Assembly: GCA_013265495.1 (NCBI GenBank)
Contig: MU063123.1
Coordinates: 4,559,542-4,623,541, forward strand
Origin: Vicugna vicugna
Lineage: Eukaryota
Length of the DNA: 64,000 nt
Reading direction: 5' to 3'
The notes below the pieces were generated by a model, which saw nothing but the letters and a program-made list of their open reading frames with translations, made no database searches and had not been told where the DNA came from. Within the stretch, counting starts at the first letter, position 1, and every line of letters starts with the position of its first letter. A program made the translations under genes and the position numbers. Below, in pieces: positions 12,187 to 24,460 of this stretch.

Positions 12187-13329
12187 GAAAACCTGTCTCT
12201 TCTGGATAATCCCATGGTGACTTGCTCCCGCAGAGGTGACCTGGGTGTCTCCTCCCAGCACACCTATTGGGTCTGACACACCCTGGACTGGATAACACCA
12301 GGCCGGCCTGTACAGGCCAGGCCAGACGACCCATTCACCTCTGAGGCTCCAGACCGCTTGTGGTTCTAACTGGTTTTAGAGGGTCCCCTCCAGTGACCAA
12401 AGCCTCTCCTGGAATGTTGCCATGTGGATGGAGCTTGAAAAAGAAAGATCTGGTATGTGGTTTTATAGGTTTTTAAGTTATGTAACTATAAGAGACTCTG
12501 GACTTTCAAACATTTTTTTCCCTTGTGCTCATTTGTTTGTTTGGCTCTGCTCTCCAGTCACACGAGGAGAAGTTTTGGCAGAGGGGAGGGTAGGATGGCC
12601 ACTCAGACCTCCAGGGGACTGTCACTGAAGAATGGACCATGAAACTCCTGCCTTCCTCTGCTGGCGGGTTTTCTGGTTGTCACACGCTTTTGGCCCTCCT
12701 GCCCAGGAGCAAAGCCTTCTTAGACATGGTCACCTGTTGATAACCTTCTGCTCTTTATTTGCTCCATTTATCTCAGAGCAGAAATAATTGTCTCGGGGAC
12801 CTGAGTGCTGGACTGTGAGCTGGAGGTGAGCGCTGGTACCTTCTGGTTGCCACCCCACACCCAGCCCACAGCCTTCCCCATCCTGCTCTCTGCCCCCGAG
12901 CTGACCTCAGTGGGTGACATCGTGGGCTCCCAGGGCCTCTGGCCTCTGGTAGGGTTTGGCCACTGGGGAGCCCTAGAGACCAGAGGAAGAGAGGAGAGTG
13001 AGGTTAGGGTATTTCTTCCCTGGCTGCTACTTTGTGAGCTCGGCTGGAACTGTGCCCTTTGACTGCAGGACTGTGCTCCTTCAAGATGGCATCTAGACAT
13101 AACCCAGGTCCAGAATTCCCAGATCAGGGCTCTCTTCTGGGAGGATGGTTACGCTTCCCCACTTGATTACAGAGGATTCCGACCACAATGTTTATGCCCA
13201 ACAGTGTTCGAGACTTCACTGACTAGTGTGCTCTGTCCTTCTGTTCACCCTTATAACTGACTCCTGCCCGGAGAGGCATACACAGTCATTTACTCAATTT
13301 AAAAAGTGGCTCATATGCTTGGCTAGAAA

Positions 13330-14725
13330 GATTTACCATCATAAAACTGCCACCTTCTCTTTGGCCAGTCTATAAATTTAATGCAATCCCAACAAAAATA
13401 GCATGAGGGTTTTCTAAAAATTTGGAAACCCAGCTGATTCTAAAGTTTACAAGGAAAAATTAAACAAGATGCCTAGCCAGAGAGAAAAATCTAAAAGGGA
13501 GGAGAATTTAGCTCTATCAGATATTAAAACACACACAGAGCTATAATAATTAAAATTGTATAGAACTTGCACAGGAGTTCACAGAGTTACATAGATGGCA
13601 CAGAATAGAAATTCCAGAAACAGTTCCAAACACAGAAATTTAGTAAAGATAAGTTATTCACAAATGGAATTGAAAACAACTGAGAAGCCACCTAGAAAAA
13701 AATCAAGTTGTAGCTCATCTTGTCAAGGGGGTAAAAACCTAAATAAAATAATATTTATGTATAAATGTAGCATTGTATATCTTAACTGTATATTCTAATA
13801 TATTATTTACACATTATACATAAATATAAACCTAGCCATTTGTATTATTTATATATTTTATGTATTCACATTATAATATGATATAGTATTACTATAAATC
13901 CATAAATATTCTAGAGGACATGATTGGAGAATTCTATAAAAATCTTACAGTGGAGCTAGGCTATCAAATTGGAACTTGAAAGCCATAAAATTTTAAAATG
14001 ATAAATTTAACTACATCAGATTAAAAAAAAAAACACTACATGGTAAAAAAAATCACAATAAGCAAAGTCAAAATGAAATTTAAAAAAAAATAGAGAAAAA
14101 TATCTGTTATTCAGATCCCAGACCAAAAGTTATGTATAAACCTTTCTAGTATTTAAAGAGAAAAAAATTGAAAGCTCAATAGAAAAATGGGCAAAGACAG
14201 AGTTAATGGGAAAAGGAAAAATTAATGTCTCTTAAACATATTAAAAGGCACTTCCCCTCACTCATCATAAAAGAAGCATAAAGCAAAACTATACTGAGAC
14301 AGTTTTTCACCTTTCAGATTGCAAAGATCAAAAAGTGTGATCCCCTGGAGAGACTGAGGGGAAATGTACACCCTCGTACCGTGTCAGGGGGCAGAGATCA
14401 GGGCAATCCCGACAAAGGCAATTTGAGGATATCGCTGTGCCCCAGCAATTCCACATCCAGCAACCTGCCCTGCAGACACACTCACAGGAGAAGATGATGT
14501 ATGAATAAGATTATTGACTGCAGCACTGGTTGCAACAGGAAAGACTGGAGACGAGGTAACTGGCCACCCACAGAGCACAGGTGGAACAAGCTACGGTCCC
14601 TCTACAGCGCAGCCACAGAAAGGAGGACGCTCTGTTGATACAGAATGATCTCCAGGACATGTTAAGTGAACAAAGCAATGTATGGAACGGTATGTGGTAT
14701 GCCAACAAAAAATAATGGGGAAAAC

Positions 14726-14760
<35 letters not shown>
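13330..14760 (+). mobile_element. Old L1M ORF2 3' part and 3' UTR relic, ending in poly-A
   Basis: A-rich sequence with L1 ORF2 hallmarks (AATGCAATCCCAACAAAAAT, TAGATGGCACAGAATAGAAATTCCAGAA, TTGGAACTTGAAAGCCATAAAA). Confidence 0.75.
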
Positions 14761-14772
<12 letters not shown>

Positions 14773-14777
14773 GGGAA

Positions 14778-14838
14778 NNNNNNNNNNNNNNNNNNNNNNN
14801 NNNNNNNNNNNNNNNNNNNNNNNNNNNNNNNNNNNNNN
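14778..14838. other. Assembly gap (61 N) between two long poly-A tracts
   Basis: N run. Confidence 0.99.
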
Positions 14839-14845
14839 AGAAAGA

Positions 14846-14900
<55 letters not shown>

Positions 14901-17900
14901 AAAAAGAAAAAAAGGGGGGAACATTATATTGACCTTCTTTTGTAATTCTTCAAAATCTGAAGTTATTTTTGGATGATTTATTATATAGAAGAGCATATGT
15001 TTCCTTCTATGTGCTTAGATTGTGGTTTTGTTACTATAAATCTAGTTTATTGCCCTCAAGAGATAATTAGTTATGTCAGTACTTAAGCAAAAAAACAAGT
15101 AGCTTAATATCAGTTCTTCTAAATGAAAATGATTATTTTTGGTAAAAGTCTTCCACAGTAATTGGTCTAAAGTCAATAAAAACAAACAGCCAATCAAGCC
15201 CCTTATTCCGGTGTCTCCCAAAGTGCATTCTGTAGAAACAGTTCCTTAGAGTTAACACAGATATTCCTTGAGAAATGGGTTCTGCGGTCAAGTAAGGAAA
15301 ATGCAAAGCTAACCAGGTCAGGTGTGGACATGTCTCAGACCCTTTCAGTAATTTCTCGTGGTGACGTTCCCAGGGGTGAGGGGGGAGGAGTATGATATGA
15401 ATGTTTCCCAAACTTATTTGACCCCAGAACCCTTCCTGTTGGCATCTTGCATAGCCAGGGACGCCTGGGGCCCGCCAGACGCCGGCTTACTGAGTGAGGG
15501 GCAGATCTGCAGCAGGTTCACCCTGGCAGGTCTCCAGGAGCCAGGCTGCTCAGAACCAGGTCTCCCCGGGGGCTCGGAGAGTGGCTGTCGGGCATCAGCG
15601 CTAGTGAGGGCTCCCTCCAGCAACTGACGTCCTTTTCACAGCACCCATGTCTTTCTCTTTCTCTCCAGGTTTTGACATCCTCTTCTTTCTGGATTATCTT
15701 TAGAACTGTTTTTCTTCACTGTATGCTTTTTTTTGGAGGTGGGTGGTGGTTAGGGTTTAAATTCTGAGGAATGAGGTGGGGCGTATGTAAATACTAACAC
15801 ATTCTGACTCACCACCTCTCATCTGCCTTCCTCATCGTGGGAGCCTGACACCTGTCTCAGTCTGTCCAGTGCCTTAGACATGGGCTGGGACAAGTGCCAC
15901 AGCTGGGTCACTACAGGTCCTTGACCACGCTGGCTGCCTGTGGCCTTTCCTCTCAGCAGGTGGCTGCTGGCCATGTCCAGACAGCAGACAGGGCCCTGCC
16001 CAGAGGTTCCTGAACCGCCCACTGAAGGCCTGACCGCAGGCTCGACAGACTGGCTGTTTCTGCATCCAGGCTCCCCCAACACCCAGGTAAGTTTCAGCCT
16101 TTCTGTCTTGGAAGACACGCAACCTGCACAGGCCTATGAGACTGAGGGATTTTCGACCCTGCTTCCTATCCTGAAAGCTCACCTGGGCGCGCCAACAGCT
16201 CCTGCCTAGTCCACCGGAGCTGCCTACAGGAGCTGCTGCTCCTTTCCTCTGAACACCCACACTACGTGAAGACAACTCCCGAAACAGAATAGTCCTCAGG
16301 AGATGGGACCGAGAACGCAAATCGCCATGGGAAAGGGAGCCTTGGGTTTAAACGCCCTAGTGTTAAAATGACCGGAAGGAAGTTTGTGGGGACATGGGAG
16401 GAGTAGGGTTCTAGGAGCCTGGCGTGGGGTGGGGAGAGGCAGGTAAAAAACATGATGGAAAGGAAATCACCCAGGGGAGGTGGCCCAGGGCCTGAAGCCA
16501 GACGTGCCCCTTGATCTCGGACTTAGGTGGGCACTGGGATTCCGGGCCCTCCCCAGTGGGGACCCTGGATCCCTGTAACAGGTGTGTCCTGCCAGAGGCT
16601 GCATTCGTGCCTGATTCTTCAGGAAGTTCCACACCCTTCCCCTCACCTTCCCACACACCTTCCTGCCTCCAGGCACTGGGAGGCCCTGCTTCAACTCCAC
16701 CCGCTCGGGATTCCTCAGACTCGGGCTCTAGGCTGCCCTCTCAGTCACCCTTGGCTGGGCCTGTCCCTCCAGCTAGGCCCCAGAGATCGCCCTTCCTGCA
16801 TGGTCCCCTCTACAAGGTCACTCTGTGTTGTCCCAGGCTTCTCTCTGCCAGCACCAAGCTAGAAGGGGGCGCACAGACCCACAGGCAGGGTGCCGGCCCA
16901 CCGGGAGCGCTGGCCTGGAGGGCTGGGAACCTCGGGGCCAGTCAGCTGGGCCTGCCGGGCTGGTAAGGCTGGGGCTGGGCTGGTGTGCTCGCCTACCGAC
17001 GGGGCTTGTGGTGGAGGGGCGCCTCAGCTGGCCTTCCCCAGCCACAAGGCACAGGGCAGTGGCTTCAGGGCTCCCAGGGCCATGCGGGGCCATCAGTTGA
17101 TACCCAAACCAGAGGGGAAAGACCCTCTGGATAGACTGAGGAGGCCCAACCGGATTTGAATCCTGATACTGCCACTTCAGATTGTGTGAACTTGCGCACA
17201 TTTCTTACCTTCTCTGAGCCCATGTTTTCTCAGCTGTGGAAGGGGGTTAATACTCACATATCCTCAGAAGGATGCTAGGATCAGATGAGAAAGGGAAACT
17301 AGGGTCCTGGATGGGCTTTGGTGACCTGGAGCCTAAAACCTTGGGTGCACACTTTGCATGATGCAAATACATGCGTTTTTCTAGGCATGAGTCAGGTTTT
17401 CCTCCCACTCATACCCACGAAAGTTAGGAAACACTGGAGCCAGCACATGGAGTTCAAATTCTGGCTGAGTCACGGCAAACAACTTTCTGTGTCTGTTTCT
17501 TTGCATATAAAATGGATTTCATAATAGTAAACTGCCTTACAGAGGTGAGAATTAAATAATGAAATGGGAGAAGATACATAAGCATTTAGAACAGTGTCCC
17601 CAAGTGTTTGCTGTTCCTATATTCTAAGTTTATAGGGGAGAAAACTGAGGCCCAGAAGAGGTGACGTCTCGACTGAGGATGAGTTATGCGCCAAACATTG
17701 GCCACATTTAGTGGTCTTGTCCCGGAGAGGGTGACAACTCAGGATGGGGGTGTGGGGAGGCAGGAGGGAGGCGGGAGGGGAGCCACAGAAGGATGGGGTG
17801 AGACGGGGAAAGTCTGTGACGTGCAGAGTGACCTCGGGGCCTGTCTCATCATCCTGAGCCCCTGCCAACTGTTCAGAAGTGAGGGAGTCCAAATAATGAG

Positions 17901-20724
17901 TAAATAAAAGTAAAGCAGGCGCGCAGAGGAGGTTGTAGACACAAACGCACTTACTTAAAACCCAAGAGCGGCCCCCGCGGTGATGGAGCCCCTCACCCCA
18001 CCCTCACCCCTGCAGAGACCTTGCCCCGGGACTGTTGACCTCGCATCCTCCCCTCCCAGCGCAGGACCGGGACCTGAGAGCCGTGCTCCCGGGGCGGAGG
18101 CTGGCTCTGCAGCTCTTCTCTGCTGTGTCCCCCGCACAGAACACGAGGCAAGAGGGTCCTTTAAGAGCCAAACTGCCTCCTCCTGTGTCTGCAGTTTGAT
18201 AATCACTTTCTCTCCCTTCATGCCTCAGCTGTGGGTTTTCAAACAAAATTTTTACCCTTTTTGTGCCCATGGCAGAAGAGTATTCCTGTGTTAATTTGTT
18301 CACTTATTCCACGACTATTTAGTGACATTCTCTCTGGCCCACCCCCTGCACCTGCTGAGATTACTTAAGCCACTTTTGTTCAAGGGATCCCAGGGAATCT
18401 CCTCCAAGTCCAAATCTCCCCCTCACCTTCTAATTTGTTTGGATTTTTGGATCATTAAGCGCAGCTGCCTCGCCCTCCTGGACTCGGACTCAGGCACCCC
18501 GGGCCTACCTTGATAAAAGGTTTGACTGTCTCCAGCTGGGCTGCCCCGCCCGCTCCTCCTGGGCCTCACAAGTACACACAGGCTTCCTTCCCCAGACAAC
18601 CCAGACCCCCACCCTCTGAGGAAACAGCACCCCAGGCAGATCTTCTGAATGACTCTTTTCAGCTCCAGACCTCTCTTCTGAAAAGAAAAATTCATGCAGA
18701 GCCATGTGAGTAAATTTCCAGAGCTGTGCTCCCCACGCCTCTGTGTCCATATCCTGAAGGTCACCTCTGTGCACAGGCCAAGGTCACCCAGGGCCCATAG
18801 TGGGGACGGAAATGTGGCTGGGTGACAAGCATTATATTTGCACTGCTGGAAGTTCTTCCAAGAGGGGAGCATAATATTTGCTGTGTGCTTTCTCCTTCCT
18901 TCCCTTCCACCATCACTCTTTCCTTCACACACAGGGAAGAGGAGCACAGAACTCGGGCTACGCTGGCTTCCGTTCCACCTGTCCTGCTGCACTACATCAC
19001 AGGAGGGAGCAGCGGCCTGTCCACAGTCCCAGGAGAGCAGAAGCTCTGTGAGGGCAGGGACCCTGTTCCCACGTCATGGTGGACAGAGCATGTGGTCCAT
19101 GAAGAAATATGGGTTGAGGAAGTTCTACATTTTGGAGAAAAGAGCAGACAGAACACGGAGCCCCAGGCCAGCCTCCCAGAGCTCTCCGTGGTCCCAGCAA
19201 GTCTCCCGCTGCTTCCCTGTCTCCTTCCTCCCATCTGGACTCAAATTTCCCTCATCCCTCTGTGCCTGGCCGGTGCCAGGTTCAGAACGGCTCGCCAGCC
19301 AGCGCAGGGAATGACACAATCAGAGAGGGGAGCGAGCACTGGGCCTCAAGTCCAAGCAGGGCAGATGGGCCGTAGTGGGCGGGGTTCGAGGAGGCAGGGC
19401 ATAGGCTGGTCCTGAGAAAGCGGTGGAGGTGGGAGGGAGAGGGAGGGTCAAGTGCACACACCAAAAGGTGTGGGGGTGGCCCGAGGATGCTGGGGTCCTG
19501 GACAGGGCTGAGGCTGCAGACGGGTTAAACACCCGCAGAAGCTGAACTCACCCTCGAGGGAATTTACAGGAATGTTCCTTCTCACCCTTCTTCTGCACAG
19601 ACCCTTCAGCCACAGGGAAATACCACTTGCATTTTCCAGAATGAGCCTCTTCCGGCTGGGGAAGTGCATACTCTGCTCTGTTTCCCCGGCCAGACGCCCT
19701 CCCTCCACCCCTCTCCTTATTCATCCTAGAGACTCGGTCCCAGCCTTTGAGGGCCTCTCTTAACCCCAGCTGTTCCCCTCCCATGTCCTCCCCCTGAACC
19801 ATGTTATAGCATGACCCCTATTATAGCATGATCAGAACTAATATTTAATTCGTCCATTTAACTGTTTCTGCCATGGGGAAGTCACCTCCCTGAGCTGACC
19901 ACCCTCCAGCCCAGGCACCAAACACATGGGTGGGAGGCCTTCAGGTGACCCAACCCCGGTCCCCATCTGACTGCAACCGCCTGAAAGTCACCCAGCTGAA
20001 CCCAATCATCCTTCAGAACCACGAGAACGAACGAGAAAATGACTGCTGTTGTTTTAAGCCTTTGCTTGTGGGGTGGGTCGTTACACAGCAGATACAGGTG
20101 TAATGAGACAGGGATCTTCCTGACAGCTGTGCCTGGCTGGCGACACTAAGATGCACCTGCCAACTAACAGAGTCTGGCCCTGGGGGTGGGAACAGGCCAG
20201 CAAGAGAGGAGCCAACATGGAGCGATGCCAGTGTCAGGACACCGCACCCAGATGCCCAGTCACTCTGTGGTCCCTGGGGCACCCCAGGACCTGAGATACA
20301 CTGCACACACCAAGTCCAGGAAGCTGCTGAGACAGATGGTCCCCCCAGGGGAGCAACCCAGAGAAGTAGGGAGCCCATCTCCTCCTCTGCTGCAGCAACT
20401 CACCAGGGAGGGTTGGAGCTCCTCTCCCACAGGGTCAAACACCCCAGCAATGCTGCCCTTACTGCACACTCAGTGTTCCCTCCTTCCTTATGATGACTCC
20501 TAACTGTGCTGGGTTAGGGGAGGCCGTACCGGAAGTGTGTGGAGTTGGTCTTCCGCAGCTCACCTACCAACTACCACTCCCACCGCCCACTCAGGGTCCT
20601 CCTCGCTGGCCTCCCTTCACCAGCTCCCAGCATGGGCATTACGCCCCAGATGCCCTGTGATGACCCTCTGCCAGTCCTGTGGTACTTAATGTTTCCAGAG
20701 ACCCCTCTCTCCCTGGATCTATCT

Positions 20725-20910
20725 CTGGTTTCCCCCTAGGAAAGGGATTTTTGTCAATGTCTGGAGACATGTTTGGTTGTCATGCTGAGGGAGCGGGTGC
20801 TAATGCATCTAGTGGGCGGGGGGTGGGTGTGGCTAGGAATGCTGGTCCACAGCCCACAGCACAGGCCCCCACTATGAAGACCCCAAATACCAACAGTGCT
20901 GAGGTTGGAA
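20725..20910. mobile_element. MER20-like DNA transposon relic
   Basis: CAATGTCTGGAGACATGTTTGGTTGTCA...CAGTGCTGAGGTTGGAAAACCCTG. Confidence 0.65.
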
Positions 20911-23900
20911 AACCCTGCTCTGTCTCAAGTCTCGCTTGTCCTGTATTTCATGCTTGTAGCGCTTTGTTCCTTTGCTTTCCATGGTGACAGCTAGATCAGT
21001 GATAAATGGCCCAAGATTTCCAGGCTCTTCTCACAAAATTTGACCCCTCCTGGGACACTGGTATTTAACAGGCTCCAGCAGACTCGATACCCTGCCCGAC
21101 AGAACTTCTCTCTCCTGGCCTATGCAGCCCGAGGAGGAAGGGAGCCCACTCTTGGAAGGGCAGGGAAGGAAGTCCTGGGGCTGCCCTGGGAGCTGGCAGG
21201 GAGGGGTTTCCCCAGAGAAAGCACACACCCTGCCAGGGCCCAGCCCTTTGAGACGGTGGCTGATGAGTCACACTGGGTGTCTTTTTTATGCCTGCTTCAT
21301 GGCCTGGAGCAGCCCAGAAAAGGGTACCCCCAAACCAGAGTTACGCTTACACACAATCAGGTCTCACCGCATCAGTGGCTGTCAGGGGAGGTGGAGGAGA
21401 CCCACTCTGCTCATATCCCAATCCTGGTTAATGCCAGGCCTTCAGCCTTCTTCCCTGAGCTATACACAGAACCATAGCAAGAGCAAGTGATCCAAACCAT
21501 GTGTCCCCACCTCCCTCCTTCCCGCTGCTGCTCCCGTGGATGGGGACCTGGAAGGAGAACGGCGGGGGGCCAGGATGCCAAGGCGTTGCACACTGACCAG
21601 ACCCTCAGAAGGGAAGCCCTGCCCCGTGTGTGCTGCCCTCGGCCATGCCCTGGACCAGGAGGAAGCAGCCATCTGCAGGGGTTGTTTCTGCTCCCCAGTT
21701 CCCTGCAGCCATGGCCCCTACGGCCACTACCCAATATCAGAGCTCCCTGCCAGTCCTCTGAAGCCTTGTGCCTGCCTGCTTGGCACGTCACAGGCACAGT
21801 CCTTCCTCCCAACCTCTGCCCCCAGACCCCTGCACGAGAGGAGGAGAAGCCAGCCCTGGCCCTAGTTCCTCCTCCTCAGAGCTTGACCTCCTGACCTCCT
21901 CACCTCCTGGAGGAACCAGCAGGGAGGCAGCTCCTTTCCTGTCTTCCTGGGGGCCTTCACAGCGTTGAACTAAAGGCAAGTCTCACTGTGGCTGGGGCAG
22001 CAAAATGCAGGAGGAAACTCACATTGTGGGTTGCAGTAAGAATGAACATTACAGATTTTCTGGCTCTGGTCCTGATCCCTAGAGGGAGAGAAACCACAAG
22101 GGGCCCTGGGTTCCAGTGGCACCATTCAGCCACAGTCTTAAGGTTCTCCACCTTATGGGAAAAGGAAGGATGCTAATATCACCTTGTTCCCATCTCACAG
22201 GTGGGTAAGTGGAAGCTTGAGGCTGAAAGGAGCAGGAGCCCTGCGGGCAAAGCGTGTGCTGGGAGAAGAGAGGGCCCGAGCAGAGCCAGTGAAGAACCTC
22301 CTGGCCTCTCGGGGAAACATCATGGATTATGGCCACCACCTGAGCCCTGAAAGCTGGGGCAGGAGACTTCACTGAGTTTCCTGAACTGTTCTCTGAACAC
22401 CAGCTCCTTTCACACCCTCTCCACAACTTCAGTGGTCGTCAACGCTGAGTGCTAGAGCCAGGACCCCATCGGGTATTCAAGACGTGGCCCAGCGCGCTCT
22501 GCCTCACCTCCCCAGCCTCATTTCACATACTCCCCTGGAGCCGCACGCCCCTCAGAGATAACTTGCAGTGTGTAGCTATTAAACCCTTACTAAGTGTCAG
22601 CCTCTGGCGCTCCGAGCTTTCCAGGCATGGTCTCATTTCATCCTCATGGCCCTCAGAGGGGGGTACTATCATCACCCCCGTTTTATGGATAAGGAAACTG
22701 AGGCTTGACGAGGATAGTGATTTGCCCCATGTGACAGAGCCAGAAAGTGGCAGGACCAAGAAGCCAACCTCTCGCTGCCGGCCATCCAGGTCCTCCCTCT
22801 GGCCCCTGCTCTTTCAGATGGTTATCGATACTCGTGCCTTGCTTGGCTCTGTGTGGAGACACCCAGGCCTGTGAGGACCAGCCCACCTTGGAGAATGGCC
22901 GGCTGATCCCCACACTCAGTTCTGCTGTGCCGTCCACTGCAGTGGCCGTAGCGTACATGTGACTCTTTACTGAATTAAATGAAAAACTCAGTTCCTTGAC
23001 TGCATTAGGACAGTTCAAGTGTTCCCCCTGCGGCTTGTGGCTATCATACTGACGGTACAGAATGCTCCCATCACTGCAAAAAGGTCTGCTGGCAGGGCTG
23101 GTCTAGAGTCTGCCCCCGGGCCAGGCCCCCCGATGCTGGGCCAGCCAGAGAGGACCGCCCTCCTCCTGGGGCTCCTTCACTTGCACCGCTGTGGCCCAGA
23201 ACCCCACCGACCTCACAGAATGCTCAGCCTTCGTTTCTGAAATCGCCTGGGTGGGGGCTTCTCTGTGGTTGATCCTGCCAGAGATGATCGGAGCAAGGGT
23301 CTCAGACCTTGAAGCAGAGACGTTACTGCTCAGCAAACGTGAGCTGAAGCCCAGTGAGGGGGGATGTGGCAGGGGAGCAGAGGCTGCCGGTGGAAGTCAC
23401 AGCCCATCAGGAGTGGTGGGACCTTAGGAACCTGGAATCCCATCCCCTCATCTTAGAAACAGACCACTGAGGCCACACACGGATGTGGCCTGGCTCCTGA
23501 CTCGGGGGGACCTGCCCAAGTGAAAAGTCACACTCTGATCCATGGGCCACAGGAGCAAAGGAACCGTGTAAACTCCTTCTAGCAGTTTCCTCTGGCTTCA
23601 GAGCACAGTGTATGTGACAATGGAAGGATTTCCACTGCCTCTCCTCCCTGGGGAGGAGAGGTCAGGGACAGCCAAGGAGGGATTTGCCCTTCTGGCCCTG
23701 GATGAGGCTGGAACCCGCTGTGTGACTGCCACAGCTGGGGCAGCCAGAGAAGGACGGGGGCCTCTGGGGGACTCATCCCTGCCTTGTTTGTGGGACCGTT
23801 TTAGATGCAGCAGGAAAGGGAGCCAGGAGCACCGCAGTGGTCACAGAGGAGAAAGGCTCTGAAAGAGCATTTATAACCCAGAGAGATCGGAGAGGAAAGG

Positions 23901-24054
23901 ATGACTCAGGGACAGCGCATGTCTGCTCCCGGAGGCTGGGAGGGGCCGCCGGGCTGAAGCGATTGTTTTCAGAAAGAAAAAAAGTATTTACTTTCTCCAT
24001 CAAACCAGCCAACACTTTTTTTCCTAGTCCTTTTATTTTTAAAACTACATGCAC

Positions 24055-24460
24055 TGTTTTTTTAAAAAGGTACCTTCAAATGCCAATAGCAGGCATCCTA
24101 CAAAATCCCCAACCAGCACTCCTGAAAAGTAGCAAGGTCATCAAAAACAAGTGGAGTCTGAGGAAGTGTCATAGCCAAGAGGCACCTAAAGAGACCCGAC
24201 AACTACGTGTAATGTGCTGCCCTGGGTGGGGTTCCTGAACAGAAAGAGGACACCAGGTAAAAACTAAGGAACGCTAAATAACGTATGGGTTTTAGTTAAT
24301 GATAATGAACCAGTATTGGCTCATTAATTGTAGCAAACATCCCACACTAATGTGAGATGTTCGTAATAGGGGAAACTGGGAGTGGAGTGCAGGGAATTCT
24401 CTGTGCTATCATCTCAACTGTTCTGTAAAACTAAAACTGTTCTAACAAACTCTATTAAAA
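24055..24460 (+). mobile_element. L1MC-like 3' end
   Basis: GGTCATCAAAAACAAG...GAACAGAAAGAGGACA...GTAAAAACTAAGGAA...GGGAATTCTCTGTGCTATC. Confidence 0.7.

Noticed and set aside
14511-14996. Poly-Phe / poly-Lys ORFs
   Set aside because: Translation of poly-A tracts and an N gap.
18423-19415. ORFs of 189-197 aa in intron 2
   Set aside because: No recognisable domain, several overlapping frames of similar length, and no coherent promoter or splice structure; consistent with chance in GC-rich DNA.
19805-19831. TTATAGCATGA repeated at 16-bp spacing
   Set aside because: A two-unit micro-duplication with no further structure.
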